64,000 nt of DNA. It comes from Octopus sinensis (taxonomy: Eukaryota). Positions 38,256 through 50,147 of the stretch are shown here, piece after piece. The stretch lies in contig NC_042997.1 in NCBI RefSeq assembly GCF_006345805.1, positions 209,870,001-209,934,000 on the forward strand, given 5' to 3'. Position 1 is the stretch's first letter. Every line of letters starts with the position of its first letter. A program made the position numbers and the translations under genes. The notes below the pieces were generated by a model. It did not search any database, was not told where the DNA came from, and saw only the letters and a list, made by a program, of their open reading frames with translations.

Positions 38256-38292
38256 CAGGGTCACTTTCTAACTCCAGCCAACCTTTGTTCAT
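38256..38292 (-). CDS. BAP1: BAP1 coding exon 1 (MNKGWLELESDP-G)
   Basis: ATG at 38292; translation matches the known BAP1 N-terminus; GT donor at 38255; 37 nt. Confidence 0.95.
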
Positions 38293-38999
38293 GTTTTTTC
38301 TTAAGAAAAGACAAACCGTGAAAAGCGAATCGAGCTGGCCATTGTTTCATACACGGTGTCTGTAGAAAAATATCCCCACTGATATATAACACCCGGATTA
38401 CATTTTTACTCTTCCAAATACTTCCTTCTTTCTTTTTTTTTTTTATCAAATTTATAAAAATAATTAAGAAATTATATTTATTTTATGAATGTATGTATAT
38501 CTATGCATCTGTGCATTAATAATGTACCTTTCCTTATAATATATATCTGTGCTTATAATATATAGTAAGTATAGTTCCTTAATTGTATATAGTAATTAGC
38601 CAAGAAACAGTAAAAGTGCGATTGGCAATGAAATAATAATGTTAATAAGTCTTGTATTGTAGAAAGTTAAGAGAAAAAAAGAGAAAGCTTTCAAAGTAGG
38701 AAAAAGAAAGAAAAATTGCAACTAAATTGTTGGCAGCCAGTGTAGAATTGTTATGCAAGGGAAATAACTTGTTAAACTTATTGAAGAGTTATCTTCCTTG
38801 AATTCTGCCCCCTTTAACACTAAAATGTCAGAGATAAATTTTATTTTCATTGTCCTCAGCGCCCATTATATTGACACTGTATAAATAGCATTTATACGGT
38901 GGATTAATTAAGGAGGTATGGTGAGTTCAAATCCATGGCAGTCATTTTGTCGTTTCTCTGAAACAGGGATTTAGTTCTGTTGTGTCTGAGGAGAGTCAT

Positions 39000-41050
39000 T
39001 TTCTTTTTGAAACTGACTCAAAACTATTGAAAAGGTTGTAACACGCAACGAAAAGTTTTGAGAAATACGTGGAAATTTTACCGGTGAGTGTGTTAAATAA
39101 TAAGGTACAATAAGAAAATGACTCTCCCCAGACACAACAGAATATGCTTCAACACACGAACTCATATAAAGAATCTTGCAAACCAAATCCAAAACGAAAG
39201 ACATTTAGTTGTACTGGAGAAATTACGAAATTATCCACAGTTGACTGGGGTCTTATCCATGAAAAAGTTTTCTGTCGTTCAGTTTGTTCAATCGGAACTA
39301 CAGTTAAGTACTATCCCTAATGATCAGTGTGTGTTATTGAACGATTATCGATGGATAAATCAAACATCAACTTCAGGTGAAATATGTTGTAAGACGAAGG
39401 ATGCATCTTGCAAAACGCAACCCTTAAACTCACCTGCTGTCCAAGCTGTAGGAAATCCCTTTGATTCCTTGCAGAAAGAATATTTGAATTCTTTGCAAAC
39501 AAATTTGATTGCAAAGAATTCAAATTTGATGGCAAAGAATCCAAACTAGATCGAAAACATCTATATCTACCGATTTGACTGGATCTTCTTTTCCTTTGCT
39601 TCTCATCCGTGGTAGTTCTGTAATCTCGCTGAGAAAGCCTCTACTTTTGTGATTCGATTTATGTCCAACTCCAAATTATACACATAAAGTGAATTTCCTT
39701 AAAACTATCTCATCCACTCCATTAAGCCAAATATGAAAACAACACTTGTAATTTCAAACCAACAAGGGGACTATCTCCGATAATGTCCCTCCGGTTACTC
39801 TCATCGCGTGCTCCCTATCTTTGCCGAATTCATCAAACTATTCATAGGGAACAGAACGACTGTGTGTTCCCTTTCAAAATACAATCACTACACATTCCAA
39901 GAACATAATCTTGTATCAGTCCACGCATGATGAACACAGAACTAAATCTCTCAATGTTGATAGAAATTCTACACTTAACCTGACTGGAAACCTTTCAGTG
40001 TAAACGCACCTTATCAACATAGCTAAAGTTATGTAATAAAAAAATAAGCTTTCCTCTTCAGAACCAAAAAAAAAAACCCCAAATAAACATGCAAAAAAAC
40101 ACACAGAATAACAAAAAAGCAAACTCCCATATTGATAAACGTTTCAACGGCAGACTTATGGTGTGTTCTAGTTTCAACCAGTAACGGAAAGAAAAAAAAA
40201 AAGAAGCTAAACATTAGCTCCATACAATCATTGTTACTCTTTGTCTAACTTCACCAGAGTCACACCAATGGTTTATGTGAAAAGAAGTTATTCTGCCGTA
40301 CCTTGTGACTCATTACCCCTCCCCTCAACACAACTTACTGACCCTCCACAAAATTCAGGTGAAACTCACAAAGAAGTGCTACTCCTATGTTTGGACAGTA
40401 CTCTCGTTACATGATCAGATATCTGAGATCACATTCGAAGAAGGCCCATCAGCTCCAACATCTGGGACACATATGTAGTATCTTATCTCACTGCTTTTCA
40501 ATCGCGGGGCCCTTCCTCCTTTGAGTTGACCTGCAACTTTTTCCTTCTTTCTCTCAGGCTCTCTTGACACGGGCGTTTTTCTTCGCACTCCTTGCCATCC
40601 ATAGTCTCCAACACCAACCGTTTCAACCAGTCCTTCTTCCACACCACCTTACTCCACGTGGCACTTATTCTAATTTCATGTTTTCTCTGCAGCAGTCAGT
40701 TTGAAACTGTCAAAGACGAATGTTAACTTCATCGATCTCACCAATCGAAATTCATTTTTTTAAAGATTGGAGCAAGATGGCAGTTGATGTGGAATTTCTT
40801 TGCGAAACATACTAAACGCCACCCCACGATACATTCATACAAAGTCTAATCGCTCGCCATACATAAGAATAACAGCAGCAGGATATGTGCATGGAAGGAG
40901 TTCCAGAGGGAAGGCATTCTGGGGAAGAAGGCATGAGACGAAGTTAGAGTGAACTTGGGGAAGTGGACACAATATGGGTGCCGAGAGGAGCAGAGACGAT
41001 GATGGAAACAATATTTGATATTCACAGAACAATGTTAAAAGACTAAACAC
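39000..41050 (-). mobile_element. Heavily decayed CR1/L2-like LINE RT region
   Basis: Broken peptides in the expected order on -: LAPIFKK...SSLTVS, VTGG...VPLL, SLYV, NFSLRV. Edges are uncertain. Confidence 0.45.
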
Positions 41051-41337
41051 AGTGACAACATACATAGGCCATAATCAAAAACAAATGCCTGACAGATGAT
41101 TTATAAGTCTAACAGTTAAAATCCAAAACCTGGTTGTAATATTTATACCAATCACAAAGGGCCTGCTTGTTGTAAAGAGACTGAAGCAGATGGTAACATT
41201 ATTTCATCCTGAAGATGGGACCATGACAATCCAGAAACATTGGTGACAGCAGCCGTCATCCGTCATGTCAGTGGAGTGGAGGTTAGAGGAATGTTTGTGG
41301 GGGATTTTATTCTATGATTGGATTGTACTTTGTTATG

Positions 41338-41558
41338 TTTTGATACCAAATTGGTTCAAACTGGCTCTGGCCCTGTAATACAAATGTCTTATTTTCATAA
41401 GTTTGAATTGAAATCTTCCACCAAACCTTAGTCACAATTTATGTTCCTAACACCAGCTGAATGGTAACTAAGTTATTTACTAAATTCATTGCTATATTTA
41501 AAATTAATTGAAAGAAACACAGAGCATCTCAACAGAAATATGGTAACAAAAGGGTTAA
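41338..41558 (-). mobile_element. Solo piggyBac-like MITE
   Basis: Reverse complement of the 57.2-58.3 kb unit; ends aagggTTAA. Confidence 0.8.
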
Positions 41559-41563
41559 GATAT

Positions 41564-41609
<46 letters not shown>

Positions 41610-41898
41610 TAGGATCTCTGCTTCCGGCATGGGAGAAATATTCTTTCATAGAGCTGACATTAACTTTGAAGAGAGAGCTGCTGTATATTCTGGATCTGAA
41701 GAGAAGAGCCAGTCTTTGAATGATGTATTGGTTACAATGAAGATTATAGAAAATTTTTGCCGTAAGAAAATTCACTGCAAGAAATTTCATTTTAAATGAT
41801 TTCATCATCTTTTTTTCTAAATGTTTGACATTCAATAAAAACTTGCCTATTCAATGATTTAAAAAAACTTTTTATAAGAATGTGGGGAAGAATTGGAA

Positions 41899-41943
<45 letters not shown>

Positions 41944-42830
41944 TGATGTGTTTCTCTTCTGAATCTTCCATTCCTTGTTTATTCTCTGCAACTTGTAATG
42001 GGCAGAAATGGTTAGAAATATTTTTGGAGGTGGAATTGATCGAATAAATCATTCTTGACAATTGACTGGAACTTTACACTCTATTTTATCAGCCGATACT
42101 TACTTTTATTGACCCCCGAGAGAATGAAAGAAGGTAAAGTGGGCCTCGCCGCTATTTGAACTCTGAACGTAAACAGACAGAAAGAGTTCCGCAAAGCATT
42201 TGGTCCGACTCAGCAATGGCGCTGGTAGTTTGCCACCATCGTTGGTCTTATGATAATGGTTTCAAATTTTAGCACAAGGTCAGCAACTTCAGGCGATTCC
42301 AACGACCTCCACCGCCGATAATTACTTTATCGATTCCGAAAGGATGAAAGACAAAGTCAACCTTGGTGGAACTTAAAACCTAATGAATCAGAAAAAAAAA
42401 AAAAAAAAAATGCCACCAAACATTTTGTCCGACGCACTAATGGTTCTTCTACCTTGCTGGTTTCAAATTTTCAGATTTTGGCATAAGGCTAGCAATTTTA
42501 GGGTAAATCAATCTGCTGTTACGTATTCTTATCAACCTCGAAAGAATGAAAGGCAAAATCGACCATATCAAAATTTGAACTCAGAACGTAAAAAACCAGA
42601 AGAAACGCCGATAAGTCTATAGCCTGGTGTGCTTAACACATAGAGCGCGACGGGCCACGATCTTGGCCGTCAGGCACAGGTTGACAGGCCACGATCGTGG
42701 CCCAGATAGATGCATTTATTTTACGGGCGTTTGTTGGGGTCTCATGTCACTCAAATGCTCTGATACCCATCAGAATGCAAGAGGACTAATAGGTTGTAGC
42801 AAGTCTTAATAAACCTTTATCGGCGGTGAT

Positions 42831-43027
42831 ATGACGTCATGGTCATGTTGTCCGAACAAGTATAATTGTTAGTTTCCCATTGGTTAAAATTACTGCCCAT
42901 AATTGAATTCTAACTTTCGTCAAAGAGAAATATTTCACGAAATACGGTTCTTTGAATTCAGATAACAGCAGTTATAAAAATCCTGATTTTAGGGAAATAA
43001 ATCAGAGTTCGTTGGTTGTCACGTGAT
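42831..43027. promoter_or_regulatory. Candidate regulatory cluster: CRE, CCAAT box, E-box
   Basis: ATGACGTCAT 42831-42840, ATTGG 42879-42883 and TCACGTGA 43019-43026 in a locally CpG-rich, non-repeat patch about 1 kb upstream of the RPUSD3-like ATG. Confidence 0.4.
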
Positions 43028-43169
43028 TCTACGACACTCGCTTTCATGAGATTTGAACAAGTTCAACTAATGACTTTTCTGATGATGTAAAACTTGCCAC
43101 CATTTTATACTAAGAAGATATTTTAACTATTTGTTTTGTTTTGTTTGTGTGCATGGTAGTTTTATTTTC

Positions 43170-43542
43170 ATGCCCAGTGGTTAGGGCAGCGGACTCGCGG
43201 TCATAGGATCGCAGTTTCGATTCCCAGACTGGGCGTTGTGAGTGTTTATTGAGCGAAAACACCTAAAAAAGCTCCACGAGGCTCCGGCAGGGGATGGTGG
43301 TGATCCCTGCTGTACTCTTTCACCACAACTTTCTCTCACTCTTACTTCCTGTTTCTGTTGTACCTGTATTTTTCAAAGGGCCGGCCTTGTCACTCTCTGT
43401 GTCACGCTGAATATCCCCGAGAACTACGCTAAGGGTGCACGTGTCTGTGGAGTGCTCAGCCACTTACACGTTAATTTCACGAGTAGGCTGTTCCGTTGAT
43501 TCGGATCAACCGGAACCCTCACCGTCGTAACCGACGGAGTGC
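43170..43542 (+). mobile_element. tRNA-derived SINE family D
   Basis: gcccagtggttagggcagcggactcgcgg...gtttcgattccc head. Other copies at about 27009-27292(+) and a tail at 18308-18480(-). Confidence 0.8.
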
Positions 43543-43595
43543 TTCCTTCCCTCCCTTTTATTTTCATAAAATGTGCTCAGCAGTCCATGCTATGT

Positions 43596-43828
43596 AAGTG
43601 CAAATCCCAGCACTTTATGGGTTAATGTTCCTTCTCGAGCCATGCCAGGCTTATAAGGGCCGGTTTCCCGGTTTCAGTGGCGTAGAAACAGCCCATCAGC
43701 TGAGTGGACTGGAGCAACGTGAAAATGAAGTGTTTTTCTTAAGAACACAACGCATCGCCCGGTCGAGGAATCGAAACCACAACCTTACGATCATGAGTTC
43801 AACAACCTAACCACTAAGCCACGCTGTT
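43596..43828 (-). mobile_element. tRNA-derived SINE family E
   Basis: gcgtggcttagtggttagg...ggtttcgattcctcgacc head on -; related copy at about 45480-45880. Confidence 0.7.
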
Positions 43829-44023
43829 CCACTTCATGGGTTAATAATCTTACCAAATCGCAACCCATCCCGTTCACATGGTCACGTTAAGGTGTGTTTA
43901 ATTATCTCCCTTCTACTTACTGACATGGGAGGTAACTCTCCGTGTAAACCGGAATGAAGGGCAAACATTTCCTTTTCACCGTTTCTTAAGACATCCAACA
44001 TTTGTTTGGTGGAACATTGTCCA

Positions 44024-44357
44024 ATGTTGCCTCCAGTATTGAACCCTCGCCACCTTACCAAGTGTGGCAATCATCTCCTGAGAACCTTATTTCCTCCTCC
44101 TCTTCACTACCCGACAAAAACACGCTTCTGTAACATAGCCCAGAGGAAATGGATCCACACGAGAGGAACCGGTTCCTGGCTTTGGTCTTCTCAAGACCTC
44201 AACATTGGGTCGAACGTTTACCAAACCCCTGACCTTGCTTCTAATTCTTCCTGCAGACATCACAGTTCATTCCGTTCTAAACGCAAAGAAGACTTCAATT
44301 CTCTCAAAGTGACTCGATTTATGGAAAATATTTTAAACCACGTTATTTACGAAGATG
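44024..44357 (+). CDS. RPUSD3: RPUSD3-like exon 1, with a putative mitochondrial presequence
   Basis: First in-frame ATG at 44024; first 57 aa have 8 K/R and no D/E; donor G|GTAAAA is in phase with exon 2. The start codon is inferred. Confidence 0.7.
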
Positions 44358-44450
44358 GTAAAATATTTACATTTTTCTCCGTTTTGTGTTTGTGGTTCAT
44401 ATTTGTGACCCACGTGTGGTTTTGGTACCTTCTTTACACCTTTTTGCAGG

Positions 44451-44721
44451 CACTACTTAAGAAGAGTGGTCCCGGTGCGCGCACTCGCGTACTCGCGCAT
44501 CCGCGCTAGCTAGTCGTGACTAGTCGATCTTTACTTTGTATTTTTGTGTTTTATTTACTTTATTTTTAAAAAAATCATTTACTTTGTGTGAAAAAATTAT
44601 TTATTTTGTGTTTTATTTACTTTGCTAAGTAGTTGTTGTAGGATCGACTAGTCACGACTAGCTAGCGCGTACGTACGAGTACGCGAGTGCGCGCACCGGG
44701 ACCACTCTTCTTAAGTAGTAC
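44451..44721. mobile_element. CpG-rich palindromic MITE, copy 2 (RPUSD3-like intron 1)
   Basis: CACTACTTAAGAAGAGTGGTCCCGGTGCGCGCAC...GTGCGCGCACCGGGACCACTCTTCTTAAGTAGTAC. Confidence 0.85.
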
Positions 44722-44999
44722 CTGGTTTTGGTACCTTCTTATTACCTGTTTCGTACAGTCATTTCCTAAAGTGTGTATCTTTTATTTATTTCAGTCGTTG
44801 GACTGCGGCCATGCTGTAGCATTGCTTTGAATGGTTTTAGCCAAACCTCGACTTTTTATTGTTTTTTTGAGTCTGGTACTTTTTCTGTCTGTCTCTCTTG
44901 CCGAACTATGAGGCTACGGGGACGTCAGCTAACCAACACCGGTTGTCAAGCAGTGGATGCGTAGTGGACAAGCACAAAGTCACACACACACACGCAAGG

Positions 45000-45240
45000 G
45001 TACTACTTGAGAACAGTGGTCCCGGTGCGCACACTCGCGTAGTCGCGCATCCGCGCTAGCTAGTCGTGACTAGTCGATCCTACAACGACTACCGAGCAAA
45101 GTAAATAAAACACAAAATAAATAATTTTTGTTAAACAAAGTAAATAAAACATAAAAACACAAAGTAAGGATCGACTAGTCATGACTAGCTAGCGCGGATG
45201 TGCGAGTGCCCGCACCGGGACCACTGTTCTCAAGTAGTAC
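45000..45240. mobile_element. CpG-rich palindromic MITE, copy 3 (opposite orientation to copy 2)
   Basis: Same TIRs; the internal T-rich segment is inverted relative to copy 2. Confidence 0.85.
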
Positions 45241-45904
45241 CCACGCACGTACACACACATATGACGAGCTTCTGCATAGTTTCCGTTTACCAAATTCCTT
45301 CACATGGCATTGGCTGGCCCGCTGCTATATAAAAGACACTCTACCTCGCAATGAGATTGAACTCGTAATGACATGGTTACAGAACCAGCTTATTAACCAC
45401 ACAGCCATACTTATTGTGTTACACGTTCTAATGAAGATGCTGGGAGTCTTGAAACTGAGTGTTTGGTTGGAATAAATGAGAGATGAGGCAGTTGTGTGTC
45501 ATCTGACAGAGCTGTTCTATGATCAAAGACATTCCAGCCATGACTAGCCAATCTTATTTTGAGAGTACATTATTATCCCACTTGCCCTTCTTTTTTTCAA
45601 AAATGCTAAGCAGGGGTTTAAGGATGATTTCTGGAAAGTTTTCTGTTAAACATTCTAGGGTTCTTTATTTCATCAGCCCAATTCTAAACCCAGCCCCTGA
45701 TGGGATATTGGTCCTTCACAGGGTTAACTTCCAGTTATTGCTGGGAATCATTCAGAGCCAAGTGGACTGGAGCCATGTGAAATGAAGTGTTTTGCTCAAG
45801 AACACAATGCACCAACCTGTTCAGGAATTGAACCCATGTCCTCATAGTTGTGAGCACACCAACCTCACCACTAGGTCACTATGCCTTCTCCTTTTCAATC
45901 CCAA

Positions 45905-46101
45905 AGCACAGGAGTGGCTATGTGGTAAGAAGCCTGCTTACAAACCACATGGTTCGAGGTTCAGTCCCACTGCATAGTACCTTGGGCAAGTGTCTTCTAC
46001 TATAGCCTCGGGCCGACCAAAGCCTTGTGAGTGGATTTGGTAGACGGAAATTGAAAGAAGCCCGTCGTATAAATGTATATATATATATATATATATATAT
46101 A

Positions 46102-46159
<58 letters not shown>

Positions 46160-46428
46160 AGAGTGGCTATGTGGTAAGAAGCCTGCTCACCAACCACATG
46201 GTTCTGGGTTCAGTCCCATGTATATATATGCATGTATTTGTGCATCTGTGTTTGTCCTCAACCATCGCATGACAACTGATGCTGTTGTGTTTATGTCCCT
46301 GTAAGTAGCAGTTCAGCAAAAAGAGACCGATAGAATAAGTACTAGGCTTACATGGAATAAGTCCTGGGGTCTATTTTGTTCGACTAAAAGACAGTGCTCC
46401 AGCATGGCCGCAGTCAAATGAGTGAAAC
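45905..46428 (+). mobile_element. tRNA-derived SINE family C with internal (AT)n, representative copy
   Basis: gcacaggagtggctatgtggtaag...ttcagtcccactg...gtggatttggtagacggaaa. Other copies at about 25940-26262(-), 30042-30405(+), 32385-32530(-), 48413-48712(-), 55280-55460(+), 61255-61605(+). Confidence 0.85.
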
Positions 46429-47786
46429 GTAATATCAGATGTTAGATCTTTGGGTCAGTCAGACATTTGAGCTGCAACAGAACTAACAGGATCATTTATC
46501 ATCATCATCATCATCATCATTTAATATCCGTTTTCCATGCTGGCATGGGTTGGATGTTTTGACAGTAGCTGGGGAGCTGCACCAGGTTCCATTCTGATTT
46601 GGCCTGGTTCCTACGACTGGCTTCCCTTCCTTTACAGTGTGTGCTGGGTGCCTTTTTATGTGCCACCACAGAAACGCTTTTACATGGCACAAGAACAACA
46701 ATCTGAAACATTACTTTACCAATATACAGCACAACACCACAGATGACTACATAGAATATCTGTGCTGTTGGGTCTTTGGGTCTGGTTCACCTCCGACCTT
46801 TGTTGCGGTCTATAGGAGACATTTGAACAGGAGTGGACAAGGGATTAAACTGTAACAGCTAAATATTAATAACAGCCACACTAACATCAGTTATCTCTAT
46901 CTACCATGTTCTCTGGAGGAGGAAAAGTCTGTTGATAGCCTTGACCGGTTGCACTACAATGTGGCCGTGACCTTGTCGTGTTATCACACCATCATCACTG
47001 CTTCAGCAACTGTTATCACACTTTGTTTCTGACCTTGACAGACCTTGTAACATTGTGATGGTCACTTTGGCAGATCTTACCTCACTGTGACCATGAGCTT
47101 GACTGGCCCTACCACTGCGGCTATGACCTTTGAGCCCACCCTTCCGGCCTTGACCATGTCTAACCCTACCACTCTGATCTTGATCTTGACTGATCATACG
47201 AGTCTGGTCATGCCCTTGACTGACCATACTATACTGTGACCATACACATACCATACTGTGTGTCCATGACTTCTGCAGACCCAAGAAAACTCTGTCCAGC
47301 ATTGTGGTCAGCCCTACCAGAATGTTTTGACTTATGTAGTTTCTTATTTCTTTATTGTCCACAAGGGGCTAAACATAGAGGGGACAAAGAAGGACAGACA
47401 AAGGGATTAAATCAGTTACATCAACCCCAATGTGTAACTGGTAATCGACCCTGAAAGGATGAAAGGCAAAGTCGACCTTGGTGGAATTAGAACTCACAAC
47501 AGAGCGGTAGACAAAATACCGCTAAGCATTTCGCCCGGTGTGCTAACGTTTCTGCCAGTTTGCCGCCATTATGTAGTTTCTATTTAGCTTTGAACATCTG
47601 CAAACCAACATTTGTACAAGGAAAATGCATGAGGAACGAGAAACCAAGAAGGTTAGCATTTGAGGGTCAGCACCGCCACCCCCCCTTCCACAAACATCAT
47701 AGTCATGCTCCTCCACCATTGCTACCAAGCACCACCACCATCAACACCACCGTCTCTAACCTGTGTTATATTCTTCTTCTCATTAG

Positions 47787-47831
47787 ATGATGTCGTTGCC
47801 ATAAATAAACCAATTGGAATCACAGTTTTTG
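47787..47831 (+). CDS. RPUSD3: RPUSD3-like exon 2 (DDVVAINKPIGITVF-G), RluA motif I
   Basis: TAG/GTAAG boundaries, 45 nt; INKPxG motif. Confidence 0.9.
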
Positions 47832-49200
47832 GTAAGTTGCTATTTATTTATTTCAATATATTTTAGAAGAATAAATTACTGAGAAAAATTACTCAGGGAC
47901 CTCCTCCTCCTCCTCCATCCTCCCCCACCTCTCCTCCTTCCTCTCCTCCTCCTCCCACTTCCCCTCCTTATCATCATCATCATCATCATCTTCACCATCA
48001 TTTAATGTACATGTTCCATGCTAGCATGGGCGGGAGAGTACCACAAGAGCTGGCCAGGCTGAAGCCTGCACCAGACTTCTGTGGGTGTTTTGGCAGGATT
48101 TTTACATCTTCCTAACACTGACCACTCAGCAGAGTGGACTTAGTGCTTTTTAAGTGGCACAAGCACAGGTGAGGTCAGTTTTGGCAAGGTTTTTACTGCC
48201 GGATGCCCTTCCTAATGCCAACCACTCAGTAGAATGGACTTAGTGCTTTTTATGTGGCACCTGCACTGACAGGGTCACCAAGCACAGGTGAGGTCAGTTT
48301 TGGCAAGGTTTTTACAGCTGGACGTTCTTCCTAACACCAACCGCAAAACAAAAAATAAGCTAGTGTTGATGTATTTCATATAAGGAACACAAAAAAAACT
48401 AACTAGGCACAGGTGTGGCTGTGTTGTACATATTCTGTCAGTCTATTTTTCCAAACCATTAAGTTACAGGGATGTAAACACACCAACACTGGCTGTCAAG
48501 TAGAAGTAGGGGGGCAAACACAGACACAAAGACACACGCACTCACACACATATATCATGGGCTTCTCTCAGTTTCCGTCTACCATATCCACTCACATGGC
48601 TTTGGTCGGCCCAGGGCTAAAGTAGAAGACATTTATTGAAGGTGCCACGCAGTAGGACTGAACCTGGAGCCATGTGGTTGGGACGCAAGCTTCTTACCAC
48701 ACAACCACTTTTGCACCTTACCCCCCCTCCCCCATAACATGTCCCGAGAATCATGATGTTCCAGTTATGTGCTGAAAGTGACCACAGGTCAAGCGGAAGA
48801 TGGTGATGTTGTAGTAAAGCAAGGAGATTGTGGAGGATTAGGGTTAAATGGTTTGATGGCGGAGAGGCAGATGTTGACCAAGGTCAGTGGTATGAGAAAC
48901 GGTGATGTGTGCCACCTGAATGAAACTCCCCAAAGAGCTTAGAGCTTGTGGAATTGTTAATAAAGAACCTGGCAGAGCAGAGACATGTGAAGGTACAAAC
49001 CTATCCAACCCATATTACTATACAACGATGATGATGATAGTGATGATGGCGATGATGGCGATGATGGTGATGATGATGGTGATGATGATGATGGTGCTGC
49101 TTATGTCAAAAGTCATATAAATTTTGTCTTCATCTCCTTAATTTCTGAATTCATTTCCATTTAGATATTTTTTCCTGTTTGGGAGAGTGTGAGAATATTT

Positions 49201-49282
<82 letters not shown>

Positions 49283-49397
49283 TGTGTGTGTATGTGTATC
49301 TGTCTGTCTGTCTCTCTCTCTCTCTCCATTTCTCCATTGAATTTATCCAAGATCAGGAGGCTGATCTCAACGTATCGTTCATCATATCATTTTACAG

Positions 49398-49554
49398 GTC
49401 AGAAAGTCCGTGAACATGAAGATGAGAAAGGTTATTGCGTCCCCATATTTGCTGAGTCAGAACCAGACCCCAATCTCTGCCTGGCAGACATAATGCCACT
49501 TCTCAGAAGACATTTCAAATCTCCTCACCTCACCATTGTCCACTCAATCAAAAT
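49398..49554 (+). CDS. RPUSD3: RPUSD3-like exon 3 (GQKVREHE...LTIVHSIK-M)
   Basis: CAG/GTAAG boundaries, 157 nt, phase-compatible. Confidence 0.88.
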
Positions 49555-49744
49555 GTAAGCAATAAGGTTTTTTCTTTCGTTTTGGTCAACACTTTTTAGA
49601 ACATTCCATAAATTTTTCCTTCAATCTTCCCATTTTCCTTGGATATCCCACAATTCCGATATTTTATGTGCCACAACATCCTATCGAGAACTCTGTCTTT
49701 CATCTAGCTAAGGTCAATGAGAGCAATATCAGTGATAATACACT

Positions 49745-50096
49745 TCTATATTTAAGAGATGAGGAATTATGTACATTATGTACATTTGATGGATATTTGT
49801 CCTCATCTTGTTTGTTGTTAACACAACATTTCGTCTGATATACCCTCCAGCCTTCATCATGTGTCTTGGGGAAATTTCAAACCTGGGTTCTCATTCCTAA
49901 GGTATTTTTCAATGTTATTATTATCATTATTATTGCCTTTGCACAAGCAAGATGAGGACAAATATCCGTCGAATGTAAATAATGTATTATTTACATTTGA
50001 TGGATATTTGTCCTCATCTTGTTTGTTGTTAACACAATGTTTCGGCTGATGTACCCTCCAGCCTTCATCAGGTGACCTGGGGAAATTTAAAACCCG
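49745..50096 (-). mobile_element. Tandem and inverted fragments of the tRNA/hammerhead element in RPUSD3-like intron 3
   Basis: Two - copies separated by a short + tail fragment (about 49948-49986). Confidence 0.7.
49820..50076 (-). ncRNA. Two tandem degenerate family-1 hammerheads (49820-49865 and 50031-50076)
   Basis: Same motif on the - strand, 211 nt apart. The first has ATGATGA and GAAATGTT; the second has GAAACATT. Confidence 0.6.
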
Positions 50097-50147
50097 TGTA
50101 CACCTTTATGGCTAACAATCGTTTCTGTTTCTCTCCCTCGCTCGCAG

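Noticed and set aside
39118-39549. 143-aa + strand ORF between the two genes
   Set aside because: No recognisable domain or splice context; it overlaps the decayed LINE-like region on the opposite strand.
44006-44023. ORF-track start at 44006 for the RPUSD3-like gene
   Set aside because: It is a TTG; the first in-frame ATG is at 44024.
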